This document shows, one piece after another, positions 39,072 to 48,366 of a stretch of DNA of 64,000 nucleotides; the stretch's first letter is position 1, and every line of letters begins with the position of its first letter. The notes under the pieces were generated by a model. The model was not told the origin of the DNA, ran no database searches, and saw only the letters and a program-made list of their open reading frames with translations. Source of the stretch: Patescibacteria group bacterium. Its GTDB lineage: Bacteria > Patescibacteriota > Patescibacteriia > UBA1558 > GWA2-36-10. The stretch spans positions 368-64,367 of the forward strand of contig JAQUKX010000005.1 of NCBI GenBank assembly GCA_028718865.1, written 5' to 3'. The translations under genes and the position numbers were made by a program.

Positions 39072-40064
39072 TTATTGCAAATCAACGTATTTCCAAGTTG
39101 TATTACAAATATATAACCTACTATTAGCATGATCAAAAAGCATCTTGCCTTTTGAGTTGATATCACAATGCCCGGCATCAGGCGGCCCATTTTTATGATG
39201 AATAGTCAAATAATTAACCTGCCCGCTAACATGTGCTAGCTCTACATTGCCAACAAAATAACCAGCCTTTCCAGTAGCAGCCACTTGCTGACCATAGACA
39301 CCAATAGCGCCAGAAGTTTCGCCAACACCCAAAACTCCGATACCTACGCCAGAAGCATAGCCATTATCTCTTACACCCAGAAAACCAGTGGCTGATACTG
39401 AACCTCCAGAGGTTCTAAAATTACCTGCTACTCCTCTGCCAAAGTTGGCCTGAGTCTGTCCATAAATAGCATAGCTATTGGCCGTATTATTAAATACATC
39501 AAGATAATAATTGGGGTTTGATTTATTGATACCTACTTTTCCATCAGTAGAAAAATAAACCCTATCGGTATTATTCCAAAAAATTAACTGATTATTCTCA
39601 CTCCTATGCTGATAAATCCCCCAGCTATTGCCAGCGTCACTTTGCAATTTTATTTCTGCGTTCTGACCAGAAAGCCTATAAATATGCAGAGGGTTAGCCG
39701 GGTCGCTAATTCCTATGCCGACATTATCCGTAGAATAATGAATTTTATTACCCGCGCCAGCCTGCCAAAATCCAGTTGGCCAAGTTGCTCTGCAGTCAAC
39801 GCCAATGCAAACCTGACTACCTTCAACATTGCCGCTGGCTGTAATTTTAGCAGCACTTATATCTCCGCCATTGAATAAATTTTTTCCACTTAAATCCAAA
39901 TTTGTAGTCATTGGGTTGACCACAATCACTCCCGGACCCGTCTGACCAGGCAGTTGACCTGGATTTTGCCACTGGGCTTGAGCGTATTGATAAATCAAGC
40001 CAAAGCTCAAAACCGAAACAATCACCGCCAAAATGGGCAATTGCCAATTTTTTATTTTGCTCAT
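39072..40064 (-). CDS. secreted tail-fibre/collar-like repeat protein
   Basis: Signal/TM at the N-terminus. TDNVGIGISDPANPLHIY and KVGINKSNPNYYLDV motifs resemble phage tail-fibre collar repeats. Confidence 0.5.
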   Translation of the reverse strand: MSKIKNWQLPILAVIVSVLSFGLIYQYAQAQWQNPGQLPGQTGPGVIVVNPMTTNLDLSGKNLFNGGDISAAKITASGNVEGSQVCIGVDCRATWPTGFWQAGAGNKIHYSTDNVGIGISDPANPLHIYRLSGQNAEIKLQSDAGNSWGIYQHRSENNQLIFWNNTDRVYFSTDGKVGINKSNPNYYLDVFNNTANSYAIYGQTQANFGRGVAGNFRTSGGSVSATGFLGVRDNGYASGVGIGVLGVGETSGAIGVYGQQVAATGKAGYFVGNVELAHVSGQVNYLTIHHKNGPPDAGHCDINSKGKMLFDHANSRLYICNTTWKYVDLQ

Positions 40065-40188
40065 ATTTTTTTAATTAAAAATTCTAAATTATTTAATTTT
40101 TATTTGATAATTATACCATATTTGCTAAAAATATGACAATAAGGTAAAATTAAAAACACTTAGCTAAAAAATTAATAAATAAAAATCT

Positions 40189-40746
40189 ATGCAAACAACC
40201 TATTATATTATTCTGGCCGTGATCGTGGTGCTGATTTTGTGGCTTATCGGTGTCTACAACGGCCTTGTCCGATTAAGAAACCGCGTTAAAGAAGCTTGGT
40301 CTGACATTGATGTCCAGCTCAAAAGACGCTATGACCTTATCCCCAACTTGATGGAAACAGTCAAAGGCTACATGAAACACGAAGAAGGGGTACTAACCAA
40401 AGTCACCCAAGCCCGCGCTCAAGCCATGCAAGCCAAGGGTCTCAAAGAAAAAGGCCAAGCTGAGAATATGCTCTCTGACACTCTCAAAAGCTTGTTTGCC
40501 GTAGCCGAAGGCTATCCCGATCTCAAGGCTTCGCAAAATTTCCTCCAACTGCAAGAAGAAATCGCTGATACAGAAAACAAAATCCAGGCTGCCCGGCGCT
40601 TTTACAACGGCCAAGTCCGCGACTTTAATACCAAAATTGAAGTTTTCCCAAATAATGTAGTAGCCGGCATGCTCAAATTCCAAGCTCAAGATTTCTTTGC
40701 TATTGAAGATGAAAAGCAAAGAGAAAATGTGCAGGTAAAATTTTAA
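40189..40746 (+). CDS. lemA: LemA family protein
   Basis: N-terminal TM helix and the LemA pattern (NGLVRLRNRVKEAWSDIDVQLKRRYDLIPNL). Confidence 0.85.
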   Translation: MQTTYYIILAVIVVLILWLIGVYNGLVRLRNRVKEAWSDIDVQLKRRYDLIPNLMETVKGYMKHEEGVLTKVTQARAQAMQAKGLKEKGQAENMLSDTLKSLFAVAEGYPDLKASQNFLQLQEEIADTENKIQAARRFYNGQVRDFNTKIEVFPNNVVAGMLKFQAQDFFAIEDEKQRENVQVKF

Positions 40747-40761
40747 GAAAAATTATTTTAT

Positions 40762-40808
40762 CCGCCCGCCCGCCGAAGCTCGTAGAGCGTAGGCGGGCGG
40801 ATTTTTTT
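40762..40808 (+). terminator. intrinsic terminator after lemA
   Basis: ccgcccgcc ... ggcgggcgg stem followed by T7. Confidence 0.6.
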
Positions 40809-40921
40809 ATTCTCTTGTCCTTGACAAGCAAAGACCTATATTGTTATATTAACTTGACTAATTTCTAAAAAATCTACCCAAAAAACGCTTCTTAACAGCT
40901 TTATTTAGAGCTAGAAAAAAT

Positions 40922-41803
40922 ATGTATAAACAAATAGACAGCAACAAAAGAAAAAGTTTTTTACTAATGCTGATTTTCTTTTTGGTCATAGTGGCTCTGG
41001 CCTGGGTCTGGCAAGCTTACTATGAAGGTGGCTACTATATCGTGGCACTGGCGGCTATATTTGCTCTGGTGATGAGTTTGACCAGCTTTTATTCTGGCGA
41101 CAAAATCGCTTTAGCCAGCGCCGGCGCCAAGGAAATCAAAAAGCAAGACAATCCCCAAATCTACCGCTTGGTGGAAAATCTGGCTATTACTGCCGGCGTC
41201 CCCACGCCCAAGGTCTATATCATCAATGATCCTTCGCTCAATGCCTTTGCTACTGGCCGCGATCCCAAGCACTCCTCTATTGCCCTGACCACTGGATTGA
41301 TAAACGCTCTAGAAAAAGACGAGCTGGAAGGAGTAATTGCCCATGAGCTGGCTCATGTCAAAAACTATGACATCCGGCTAATGATGGTAGTAATAATTTG
41401 CGTCGGCATTATTACTCTTTTGGCTGACTGGCTACTGCGCAGCTTTATCTGGGGCGGAGCTGGCCGCAATCGCGACAGCAAAGGCAATCCCATTATCATG
41501 ATAGTCGGCCTAGCGCTGATGATCTTATCTCCGATTTTTGCCAAGCTAATACAGCTGGCAATATCGCGCAAGCGCGAATATCTGGCTGATGCTTCCGGCG
41601 CTCTGCTTACCCGCTATCCCCAAGGCCTGGCCAAGGCTCTGGAAAAAATATCCCGCCAAAGCCAGCCACTTAAAAGAGCCAACAAAGCCACTGCCCATCT
41701 ATATATTGCCAACCCTTTTGCCGCCAGCGGCAAAAAAATCAGCCAAGCTTTTTCTACTCACCCGCCTATTGAAGAAAGAATTCGCCTATTGCGGCAGATG
41801 TAA
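40922..41803 (+). CDS. htpX: HtpX-like M48 zinc metalloprotease
   Basis: HELAHVKNYD HExxH motif plus four TM helices. Confidence 0.85.
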   Translation: MYKQIDSNKRKSFLLMLIFFLVIVALAWVWQAYYEGGYYIVALAAIFALVMSLTSFYSGDKIALASAGAKEIKKQDNPQIYRLVENLAITAGVPTPKVYIINDPSLNAFATGRDPKHSSIALTTGLINALEKDELEGVIAHELAHVKNYDIRLMMVVIICVGIITLLADWLLRSFIWGGAGRNRDSKGNPIIMIVGLALMILSPIFAKLIQLAISRKREYLADASGALLTRYPQGLAKALEKISRQSQPLKRANKATAHLYIANPFAASGKKISQAFSTHPPIEERIRLLRQM

Positions 41804-41833
41804 AGCAAAGCCGCGGTCAAAATAAATAAAAAT

Positions 41834-44305
41834 ATGTCAAAAGATAATCCGCAAAATATACTAAATAAATTCACTTATCACTTCAAAAAAGTGCTAATTC
41901 GCGCCCAGAATTTGGCTTTGGTCAAAAAACGGCCCATGATAGAAACCAGCGACCTTTTGCTCTCGCTGATAAAAACTCGCGGCTCGCTGGGCTCAGATAT
42001 CTTAATCAAGCAAAAAATAGAAATCAGCCTGCTCTCGGAAATCAGCTTGGATGAAAACTACCAGATGCTGGACTTAGACCAAGCCAAATTGCCCCAGCCT
42101 TCTCAAGATGCACAGAAAATAATTGAGCGAGCTGTAGCTACTGCCTACAAGCACCAGCACAAATACATCGGTACCGAGCACCTGCTTTGGAGCATCAGCC
42201 ACAGCGATGATCCGGCGGTCAAGGAAATGTTTGAAAAAACCAAGATCAACACTTTGCACCTTAGGCAGCAATTGAGCTTGATTTTGAAAAGCACTTCCAA
42301 ATTCAGCGACCTTACCGCTGAAGAAGAAATCAAAGAACTGGAAAACATCTTTGACGAAGAAGAGCCGGAAGGCAATTTCCTGGACGGCTTTACTGTCAAT
42401 CTCACCAGTTTGGAAGTGCAAAAAGACATAGATCCAGTGATTGGCCGCGGCAAAGAAATAGATCGGCTGATAGAAATCCTTTCTCGGCGCACCAAAAACA
42501 ATCCCCTGCTGCTGGGAGACGCTGGCGTGGGCAAAACCGCTATTATTGAAGGACTGGCCAAACGCATTACCCAAAACCGCGTACCCGATGTTCTTCTAAA
42601 TAAAAAAATCCTCAACTTGGATATTTCCAGCCTGATTGCCGGTACCATGTATCGCGGTGAATTTGAAAGTCGGCTCAAGCAGGTAATCAAAGAAATAAAA
42701 AACGACCCCAATGTCATCCTCTTTATTGACGAATTCCACACTATAGTTGGTGCCGGTGCTACCGCCGGCTCACTTGATGCCGCCAATATCCTCAAGCCGG
42801 CCTTATCGCGCGGCCAATTGCGCTGTATCGGTGCCACTACTTTTGAGGAATACAAAAAAAATATAGAAAGCGACAAAGCTCTGGAGCGAAGATTCCAGCC
42901 TATTATCATTGAAGAAAACAGCGAAGCGGAAACATTGGAAATACTAGCTGGCCTAAGGGAAAACTACGAAAAATTCCACAATGTCAAAATCAGCCCGGCT
43001 GCTCTGCAAGCTGCTGTCTCTTTGAGCAAAAGATTTTTACCGGACAAAAAACTACCTGATAAAGCCATTGACCTAATAGATGAAGCCGCTGCTCGCTTCC
43101 GCGTCAAAAACAGCAAAACCAGCCTAGTCAAAAAAATAAAAGAGCTAAAAGATCAGATAGAAACAATGGCTAGCAACAAAAAACAAGCTATTATCAGTGA
43201 AGATTATCTCACTGCCCTCAAATACAAAGACCAGGAAGAAAAACTGCTGGAAGAACTCCTCCAGCTCCAGGCTGAAGCTGACAAAAAGCAGCGAAAAAAC
43301 CTAGGAGAAATAAATGAGATCCATATCAAAGAAATTATATCCGATATCGCCAAAGTTCCTGTCAGCGACCTTGATGCCAAGGCCAGCCGCCAACTTCTGA
43401 ATCTGGAAAAACATCTAAGTAGCAATATTTTTGGCCAGGACAAAGCCATTGCCGCTATTTGCCAGCAAATCAGAAAATCAAAAGCCGGCCTGAGCAACCA
43501 AAACCGACCGCTAGCTTCTTTTATGTTTTTGGGTCCAAGCGGCGTAGGCAAGACCGAAATGTCCAAACAGCTGGCTCGCTATGTCTTTGGCGGCCAGCAG
43601 AATATGATCCGAGTGGATATGTCAGAATTCTCCGAAAAATTCAATATCTCCAAACTGATCGGCTCGCCGGCCGGATATATCGGCTACAAAGACAGCAACA
43701 AACTGACCGATCTGGTCAAAAACAAGCCTTATAGCCTGATACTTTTTGATGAAATAGAAAAAGCCCACCCCGATGTCTTCAATCTCCTTTTGCCTATTTT
43801 GGAAGAAGGTGAGCTGACCGACGCCACCGGCCGGACAGTCAATTTCCGCAATTGTATCATCACCATGACCTCCAATATCGGCCTCAAAGAATTCAATCAA
43901 GAAGCGGCTTTGGGCTTTACCAGCGAGGAAGACAAAAATAATTTTGAAAATTTAAGCCAAAAAATAATTTCTTCTCTGAACCAATATTTTCCCGTGGAAT
44001 TCAGCAACCGCCTAGACTCAATTATTGTCTTTGAACCGCTAAATCAGTCAGCTATTGCCAAAATCATCAAAAAGGAAATAGAAACTCTTGGTAGTCTACT
44101 TAGTAACAAAGGAATCAATTTGAAAGTCAGCCCGGCTCTGGTAAGCTACCTGGCGGAAAAATCCTCTCTAGGCAAAGAAGGTGCCCGAGGCCTAAAAAGG
44201 CTGGTCAATGAAGAGCTGGCCGAGCCTTTGGCCGCCAAACTGCTAGCGAACAAGCCAGCCAAAATAAGTATACAAATAAAAAAATCCCGCGTGCTAATCC
44301 AATAA
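41834..44305 (+). CDS. clpC: Clp/Hsp100 AAA+ chaperone, ClpC type (Clp_N repeats and two AAA modules)
   Basis: GDAGVGKTAI (AAA-1) and GPSGVGKTEM (AAA-2) Walker A boxes. Short middle domain. Confidence 0.85.
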   Translation: MSKDNPQNILNKFTYHFKKVLIRAQNLALVKKRPMIETSDLLLSLIKTRGSLGSDILIKQKIEISLLSEISLDENYQMLDLDQAKLPQPSQDAQKIIERAVATAYKHQHKYIGTEHLLWSISHSDDPAVKEMFEKTKINTLHLRQQLSLILKSTSKFSDLTAEEEIKELENIFDEEEPEGNFLDGFTVNLTSLEVQKDIDPVIGRGKEIDRLIEILSRRTKNNPLLLGDAGVGKTAIIEGLAKRITQNRVPDVLLNKKILNLDISSLIAGTMYRGEFESRLKQVIKEIKNDPNVILFIDEFHTIVGAGATAGSLDAANILKPALSRGQLRCIGATTFEEYKKNIESDKALERRFQPIIIEENSEAETLEILAGLRENYEKFHNVKISPAALQAAVSLSKRFLPDKKLPDKAIDLIDEAAARFRVKNSKTSLVKKIKELKDQIETMASNKKQAIISEDYLTALKYKDQEEKLLEELLQLQAEADKKQRKNLGEINEIHIKEIISDIAKVPVSDLDAKASRQLLNLEKHLSSNIFGQDKAIAAICQQIRKSKAGLSNQNRPLASFMFLGPSGVGKTEMSKQLARYVFGGQQNMIRVDMSEFSEKFNISKLIGSPAGYIGYKDSNKLTDLVKNKPYSLILFDEIEKAHPDVFNLLLPILEEGELTDATGRTVNFRNCIITMTSNIGLKEFNQEAALGFTSEEDKNNFENLSQKIISSLNQYFPVEFSNRLDSIIVFEPLNQSAIAKIIKKEIETLGSLLSNKGINLKVSPALVSYLAEKSSLGKEGARGLKRLVNEELAEPLAAKLLANKPAKISIQIKKSRVLIQ

Positions 44306-44311
44306 AAAATT

Positions 44312-45019
44312 ATGAAGAAGAAAAGCGAAACAGGCTTTTTCCCCCGACTGGGGGAAAAAGCCTTAAAATTTTTCCTAGACTGCGTCTTTCCCCAATTTTG
44401 CCTAGGCTGCAAAAAAGAAGGAGAAATCTGCTGCCAAGATTGTCTGGCCAAGCTGGACTTTTTGCCGCTTGACCCTTGGCCTTGGCCAGAAGAAAAATAT
44501 TGTTTTGATGCTTGCTATATTTGTCTGGCTTATGAAAACAAGTTGGTAGAAAAGCTAATCAAAAACTACAAATATAAATATCTGGAAAATCTGGCTGATA
44601 CACTTGCCGATATACTTTATCAGCAGGTACAAAAAATCCCTCTTGACCAAGGAGTCATAATCAGCAATGTGCCGCTCCATAGCCGTAAAAAGAAAAAGCG
44701 AGGCTTTGACCAGACTGAACTCTTGGCCAAAAAACTAGCGCAAAAAATGTCTTTAAAATACCAATCTCTACTTGTCCGCCAAAAAAATACTCAAACTCAA
44801 GCTGAGTTAAGCAAAGATAAACGCCAAAAAAATATGGCCAATGCTTTTGGCTTGCTAAATAGCAAAAAAATCAAAATCTATTTAGAAAAAGAAAAAATCA
44901 AGACTATTATTCTAATAGATGATATTGCCACTACTGGCTCCACTTTCAACGAAGCCAGTAAAACTATTAGTCAAAAATTTGATCAAAAAATCATCTGTTT
45001 AGCGCTAGCCAAAAATTGA
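44312..45019 (+). CDS. comFC: ComF family protein (competence; phosphoribosyltransferase domain)
   Basis: N-terminal CxxC...CxxC zinc finger and the C-terminal PRTase motif ILIDDIATTGSTF. Confidence 0.85.
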   Translation: MKKKSETGFFPRLGEKALKFFLDCVFPQFCLGCKKEGEICCQDCLAKLDFLPLDPWPWPEEKYCFDACYICLAYENKLVEKLIKNYKYKYLENLADTLADILYQQVQKIPLDQGVIISNVPLHSRKKKKRGFDQTELLAKKLAQKMSLKYQSLLVRQKNTQTQAELSKDKRQKNMANAFGLLNSKKIKIYLEKEKIKTIILIDDIATTGSTFNEASKTISQKFDQKIICLALAKN

Positions 45020-45098
45020 TTTTTTTCGTCTATTTTTTTATTGGCCAAAATAAGGTATAATAGTAGGGAAATTTTAAAAAATAAGCTAAAAAGAAAAC

Positions 45099-46046
45099 AT
45101 GGACACTATTACTGGACTAATATCTATCCTTACTTTATTCTACCTTTTGGGCAAATCAGCTGACTTGGCTATAAACAGCCTGCGAGAAATCGGCAAAAAA
45201 ATGGGTCTGGGTATTTTTTTCCTGGGCATTATCATGGGCTTTTTTACTTCTTTGCCGGAACTAGGCGTGGGCGTCAACTCCCTGCTAAACGATGTAGCCG
45301 ATATTTCACTTGGCAACCTGTTGGGCGGGACCATAGTGCTTTTTGGCCTGGTCTTAGGCATCAATCTTATTCTGCAAAAAAAAGTTGATTCTGAACAAAA
45401 AATAAAACACTTTGCCTTGATTTTGGCCTATTTATTTTTACCTTCTATTTTTGGATTAAACGGCCGTATAGAAATAATTGAAGGCATAATAATCGTAATA
45501 GCTTATTTTTGCCTGCTATTTATGCTATACTCCAAGCAAAAATATCATTTATCTGTTATCAGTCCTTTGGAAAGACGCCAATTTGTCCGACGCATTTTCC
45601 TTTTTTTAGCCGGTGTAGTTTTAGTACTTTTAATCTCTCATTTTATCGTGGAAATCACCGTCGACTTACTGGAAAAATTCGCTTTGAGCAATTTCATTAT
45701 CGGCCTTTTGATATTTTCCATTGGCACCAATTTTCCGGAAATTATCATTGCTGTGCGTTCTTGGAAAAACAAAATAAAAGAACTGTCCATCAGCAATCTT
45801 ATCGGCTCGGTCATGGCCAATATTCTGATAGTGGGCATCTTTGCCATAATCAAGCCCTACAAGATGGTCATTGACAACTCTTATTATGTCTATGTAGGCG
45901 GTTTATTTATTTTACTATCCTCTTTGCTGATATTTTATAAAACTGACAAAGCCCTTACCCGAAACGAGGGCTTTGCTTTGCTTTCTATCTATCTGGCTTT
46001 TATTATCGTCCAAATTCTTGTCGGTAATAAAAGCTTTATTTCCTAA
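45099..46046 (+). CDS. Na+/Ca2+ exchanger family membrane protein (YrbG-like)
   Basis: Two alpha-repeats (GNLLGGTIVL / GTNFPEIIIAV) and about 10 TM helices. Confidence 0.8.
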   Translation: MDTITGLISILTLFYLLGKSADLAINSLREIGKKMGLGIFFLGIIMGFFTSLPELGVGVNSLLNDVADISLGNLLGGTIVLFGLVLGINLILQKKVDSEQKIKHFALILAYLFLPSIFGLNGRIEIIEGIIIVIAYFCLLFMLYSKQKYHLSVISPLERRQFVRRIFLFLAGVVLVLLISHFIVEITVDLLEKFALSNFIIGLLIFSIGTNFPEIIIAVRSWKNKIKELSISNLIGSVMANILIVGIFAIIKPYKMVIDNSYYVYVGGLFILLSSLLIFYKTDKALTRNEGFALLSIYLAFIIVQILVGNKSFIS

Positions 46047-46126
46047 ATTTCGCCTGAAAAATAAAAAAACGCACCCTTTACAAAATGAGTAAAATATATT
46101 ATTATTGAGCGGCCTTATTTAATACT

Positions 46127-46218
46127 GGAGAGGTGGCTGAGTGGTTGAAAGCGGCACCCTGCTAAGGTGTTACTCCGATTTTTTGGGGTCGAGGGTTCGA
46201 ATCCCTCCCTCTCCGCCA
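46127..46218 (+). tRNA. tRNA-Ser (GCT) with long variable arm, CCA encoded
   Basis: GGAGAGG acceptor pairs with CCTCTCC-G-CCA. Anticodon loop CTGCTAA. T-arm GGGTTCGAATCCC. Confidence 0.9.
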
Positions 46219-46263
46219 TAAGCCATTGCGGTTTATGGCTCCGCCAGTAAAAATTCTTGACAC

Positions 46264-46339
46264 GGTCCCGTAGCTCAACGGATAGAGCGTTTGGTTGCGG
46301 TCCAAAAGGTTGCAGGTTCGATTCCTGCCGGGATCACCA
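46264..46339 (+). tRNA. tRNA-Arg (GCG), CCA encoded
   Basis: 76-nt cloverleaf. Acceptor GGTCCCG/CGGGATC with a G:U. Anticodon loop TTGCGGT. T-loop TTCGATT. Confidence 0.75.
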
Positions 46340-46388
46340 CACTGCGCCCCTCATTTCATTCGGAGCTTCGTGTGGTTTTATAACCACA
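46336..46388. repeat. left copy of a roughly 50-bp direct repeat (its partner is at 50063-50113)
   Basis: accacactgcgcccctcatttcattcggagcttcgtgtggttttataaccaca is about 78% identical to gccacactacgctactcattatattcgtagcttcgtatggcttgtagccaca, by hand alignment. Confidence 0.55.
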
Positions 46389-46462
46389 ATGAAATCCAAT
46401 ATCAACAATGAAGTGTGTCACCCGAGGTCTTGACGAAGGGTGACAAATTAGAAGAAAATGCG

Positions 46463-46747
46463 ATGTATTACGTCTATATTTTACATTTAAACAATAGCTC
46501 TTTTTATACTGGGTACACTATAAATATTATCAAAAGATTGAAAGAGCATAAAAACGGAAGAGTTAAATCAACAAAAAATTTTAGACCAATCAAATTAGTT
46601 TGGTATTGTATTTTTCCATCTCGTTTACAAGCAAGAAGGTTTGAGAATTATCTAAAAACTGGCTCTGGTCAAGCATTTAGAAATAAAAGGTTAATAAAAA
46701 TTAATTTCATGGAGAGTTGGCAGAGCGGTCGAATGCGGCGGTCTTGA
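46463..46747 (+). CDS. GIY-YIG nuclease family protein (start at MYYVYILH); its 3' end overlaps tRNA-Ser(TGA)
   Basis: [18 protein letters not shown]...RLKEHKNG...WYCIF...[14 protein letters not shown] motifs. The ORF reads through into the tRNA gene at 46711. Confidence 0.65.
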   Translation: MYYVYILHLNNSSFYTGYTINIIKRLKEHKNGRVKSTKNFRPIKLVWYCIFPSRLQARRFENYLKTGSGQAFRNKRLIKINFMESWQSGRMRRS

Positions 46748-46798
46748 AAACCGTTAGACCGAAAGGTCTCGGGGGTTCGAATCCCTCACTCTCCGCCA
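46711..46798 (+). tRNA. tRNA-Ser (TGA) with long variable arm, CCA encoded
   Basis: GGAGAGT acceptor pairs with ACTCTCC-G-CCA. Anticodon loop CTTGAAA. Variable arm TAGACCGAAAGGTCTC. Confidence 0.9.
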
Positions 46799-46828
46799 CA
46801 TCGTGCTAGCCCGAGGACCTTGAGACAC

Positions 46829-46906
46829 TCGAGCGCTCGAGCATGTTAAAAAACAACCCCTTCGACAAGCTCAGGGCTGTTTTTTTGTATGTATAATTTT
46901 TATTAA
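46829..46906 (+). terminator. 14-bp palindrome plus intrinsic terminator downstream of tRNA-Ser(TGA)
   Basis: ctcgagcgctcgag palindrome, then aacaacccc...gggctgtt hairpin followed by T7. Confidence 0.4.
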
Positions 46907-46920
46907 CTCCTTGCTATTTT

Positions 46921-47970
46921 TTAGGGGGGGGTAGTATAATAGTCTTGTATGAAAGAATTTCTTAGATCATTACTAAAGTCATAAGCATTAGCGTGACTCA
47001 AAACACCCAAGTAAGATTGTAATGATTGTTCGTAAGTATATTTAGTTATTTTATCATCTTCATATTCATTTCTACGCAATTCTAATTTCCTTATCATCCT
47101 TTTCTTAGTATTAGCTCTAATGAGTTTGTGGTAAGGGAAAATAATATGACCCAGAAAATCAATACCTTGGCTATATTTACGAATAGATACTTTCTTAGGA
47201 TGTAATTGTAATAATAATTCATTAGATAAAAATTTAGATATTGGCTTCAAAATATTTTTTAAATACTCTTTGTCATCAGAAACAATTATAAAATCATCAG
47301 TATATCTGACATAATGCTTAACTTTCAATTCTTGTTTTATATACTGATCTAGCTTGTTCATGTAAATATTAGCGAAAATTTGTGAAGTGAGATTACCAAT
47401 CGGTAAGCCTTTCTTTTGAAATATATTAGAAGAATAACTATTAATTATATCTTCCATTAACCACATGGTATCTTTATCTTTTATACGTTTACAAAGAACA
47501 ACTAAAAGAACATAATGATCCACTGAATCAAAGAATTTCTTTATATCACATTTTAAAGCATAACAATTCCTTGTATTATTTTGACTTACTTTTCTTAATA
47601 TTTTAGCTAGAGTGTCCACTCCTTTGTGGCTACCTTTACCTTTACGGCAAGAAAATGAATTAGGAATAAAAGTCGGTTCAAATATTGGCAGCAATATTTT
47701 ATAAACAGCGTGGTGTAAAATTCTATCTCTAACCTTTGCCTTATGAATATGTCTAAGCTTAGGATCAGTAATATAGAAACCAGTATATGAACCATGACTA
47801 TAACTTTTATTGTCTAATTCCCTATGTAATTTAAAAACGTTTTCCTCTAAATTAAACTCAAACTTTTGGACATCAATTTTATGCCTTTTGTCTTTTTTAA
47901 ACTCATCCCAAGCTAAAAATAAATTTTTCAGTGAAATAATATCTTTAAATATATCATTATAAACTTTCAT
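46921..47970 (-). CDS. diversity-generating retroelement (DGR) reverse transcriptase
   Basis: 349-aa RT with no maturase or endonuclease domain. Conserved N-terminus (LFLAWDEFKKDKRHK...FEFNLEENVFKLHRELDNKSY). Motif 4 LPIGNLTSQIFANIYMNKLD carries the DGR-specific [ILV]GxxxSQ. Catalytic YTDDFII. A cognate TR/VR pair is adjacent. Confidence 0.9.
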   Translation of the reverse strand: MKVYNDIFKDIISLKNLFLAWDEFKKDKRHKIDVQKFEFNLEENVFKLHRELDNKSYSHGSYTGFYITDPKLRHIHKAKVRDRILHHAVYKILLPIFEPTFIPNSFSCRKGKGSHKGVDTLAKILRKVSQNNTRNCYALKCDIKKFFDSVDHYVLLVVLCKRIKDKDTMWLMEDIINSYSSNIFQKKGLPIGNLTSQIFANIYMNKLDQYIKQELKVKHYVRYTDDFIIVSDDKEYLKNILKPISKFLSNELLLQLHPKKVSIRKYSQGIDFLGHIIFPYHKLIRANTKKRMIRKLELRRNEYEDDKITKYTYEQSLQSYLGVLSHANAYDFSNDLRNSFIQDYYTTPP

Positions 47971-48321
47971 ATGGACAATTTTGACATTCCAATTTTTAAG
48001 AAAAGCTACGATTTATACAAAACACTACATGAGTATAGAAACTCAATTCCCAAAAAAGATAGATTTACTATTTTTGAGCGGTGTGAGAATATCTTACTTG
48101 ATATCATAGCCAACATACTTTTGGCTTCCAGTCAAAAACCTAAAGATAAATTACCAACTCTAAACAATATAAGTTTAAAATTAAACCTATTAAGAGTATT
48201 TATTCGTCTGCTCAAGGACATCAAAGCCATAGACAATAAGAAATATGTTAGTCTGGAAAGCATGGTTGATGAAATTGGTAAAATGCTTGGTGGCTGGATA
48301 AGATCTACTAAGATCAGATAA
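47971..48321 (+). CDS. avd: Avd (accessory variability determinant; four-helix-bundle family), encoded divergently from the RT
   Basis: 116-aa basic protein. C-terminal EIGKMLGGWIRS resembles the BPP-1 Avd ...EVGRILGSWIAR as I recall it. YDLYKTLHEY...IPKKDRFTIFERCENILLDIIANILLA fits the four-helix-bundle family pattern. Its ATG directly abuts the RT ATG in the palindrome CATATG at 47968-47973. Confidence 0.8.
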   Translation: MDNFDIPIFKKSYDLYKTLHEYRNSIPKKDRFTIFERCENILLDIIANILLASSQKPKDKLPTLNNISLKLNLLRVFIRLLKDIKAIDNKKYVSLESMVDEIGKMLGGWIRSTKIR

Positions 48322-48357
48322 ACGAAAAGGTGCTAAAAAGCACCCTTTCGTAACAAT
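48322..48357. other. hairpin immediately 3' of the TR (in TR sense); also usable as a terminator for avd
   Basis: acgaaaaggtgc-taaaaa-gcaccctttcgt, a 12-bp stem with one mismatch. Confidence 0.5.
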
Positions 48358-48366
48358 GAGAAGATA

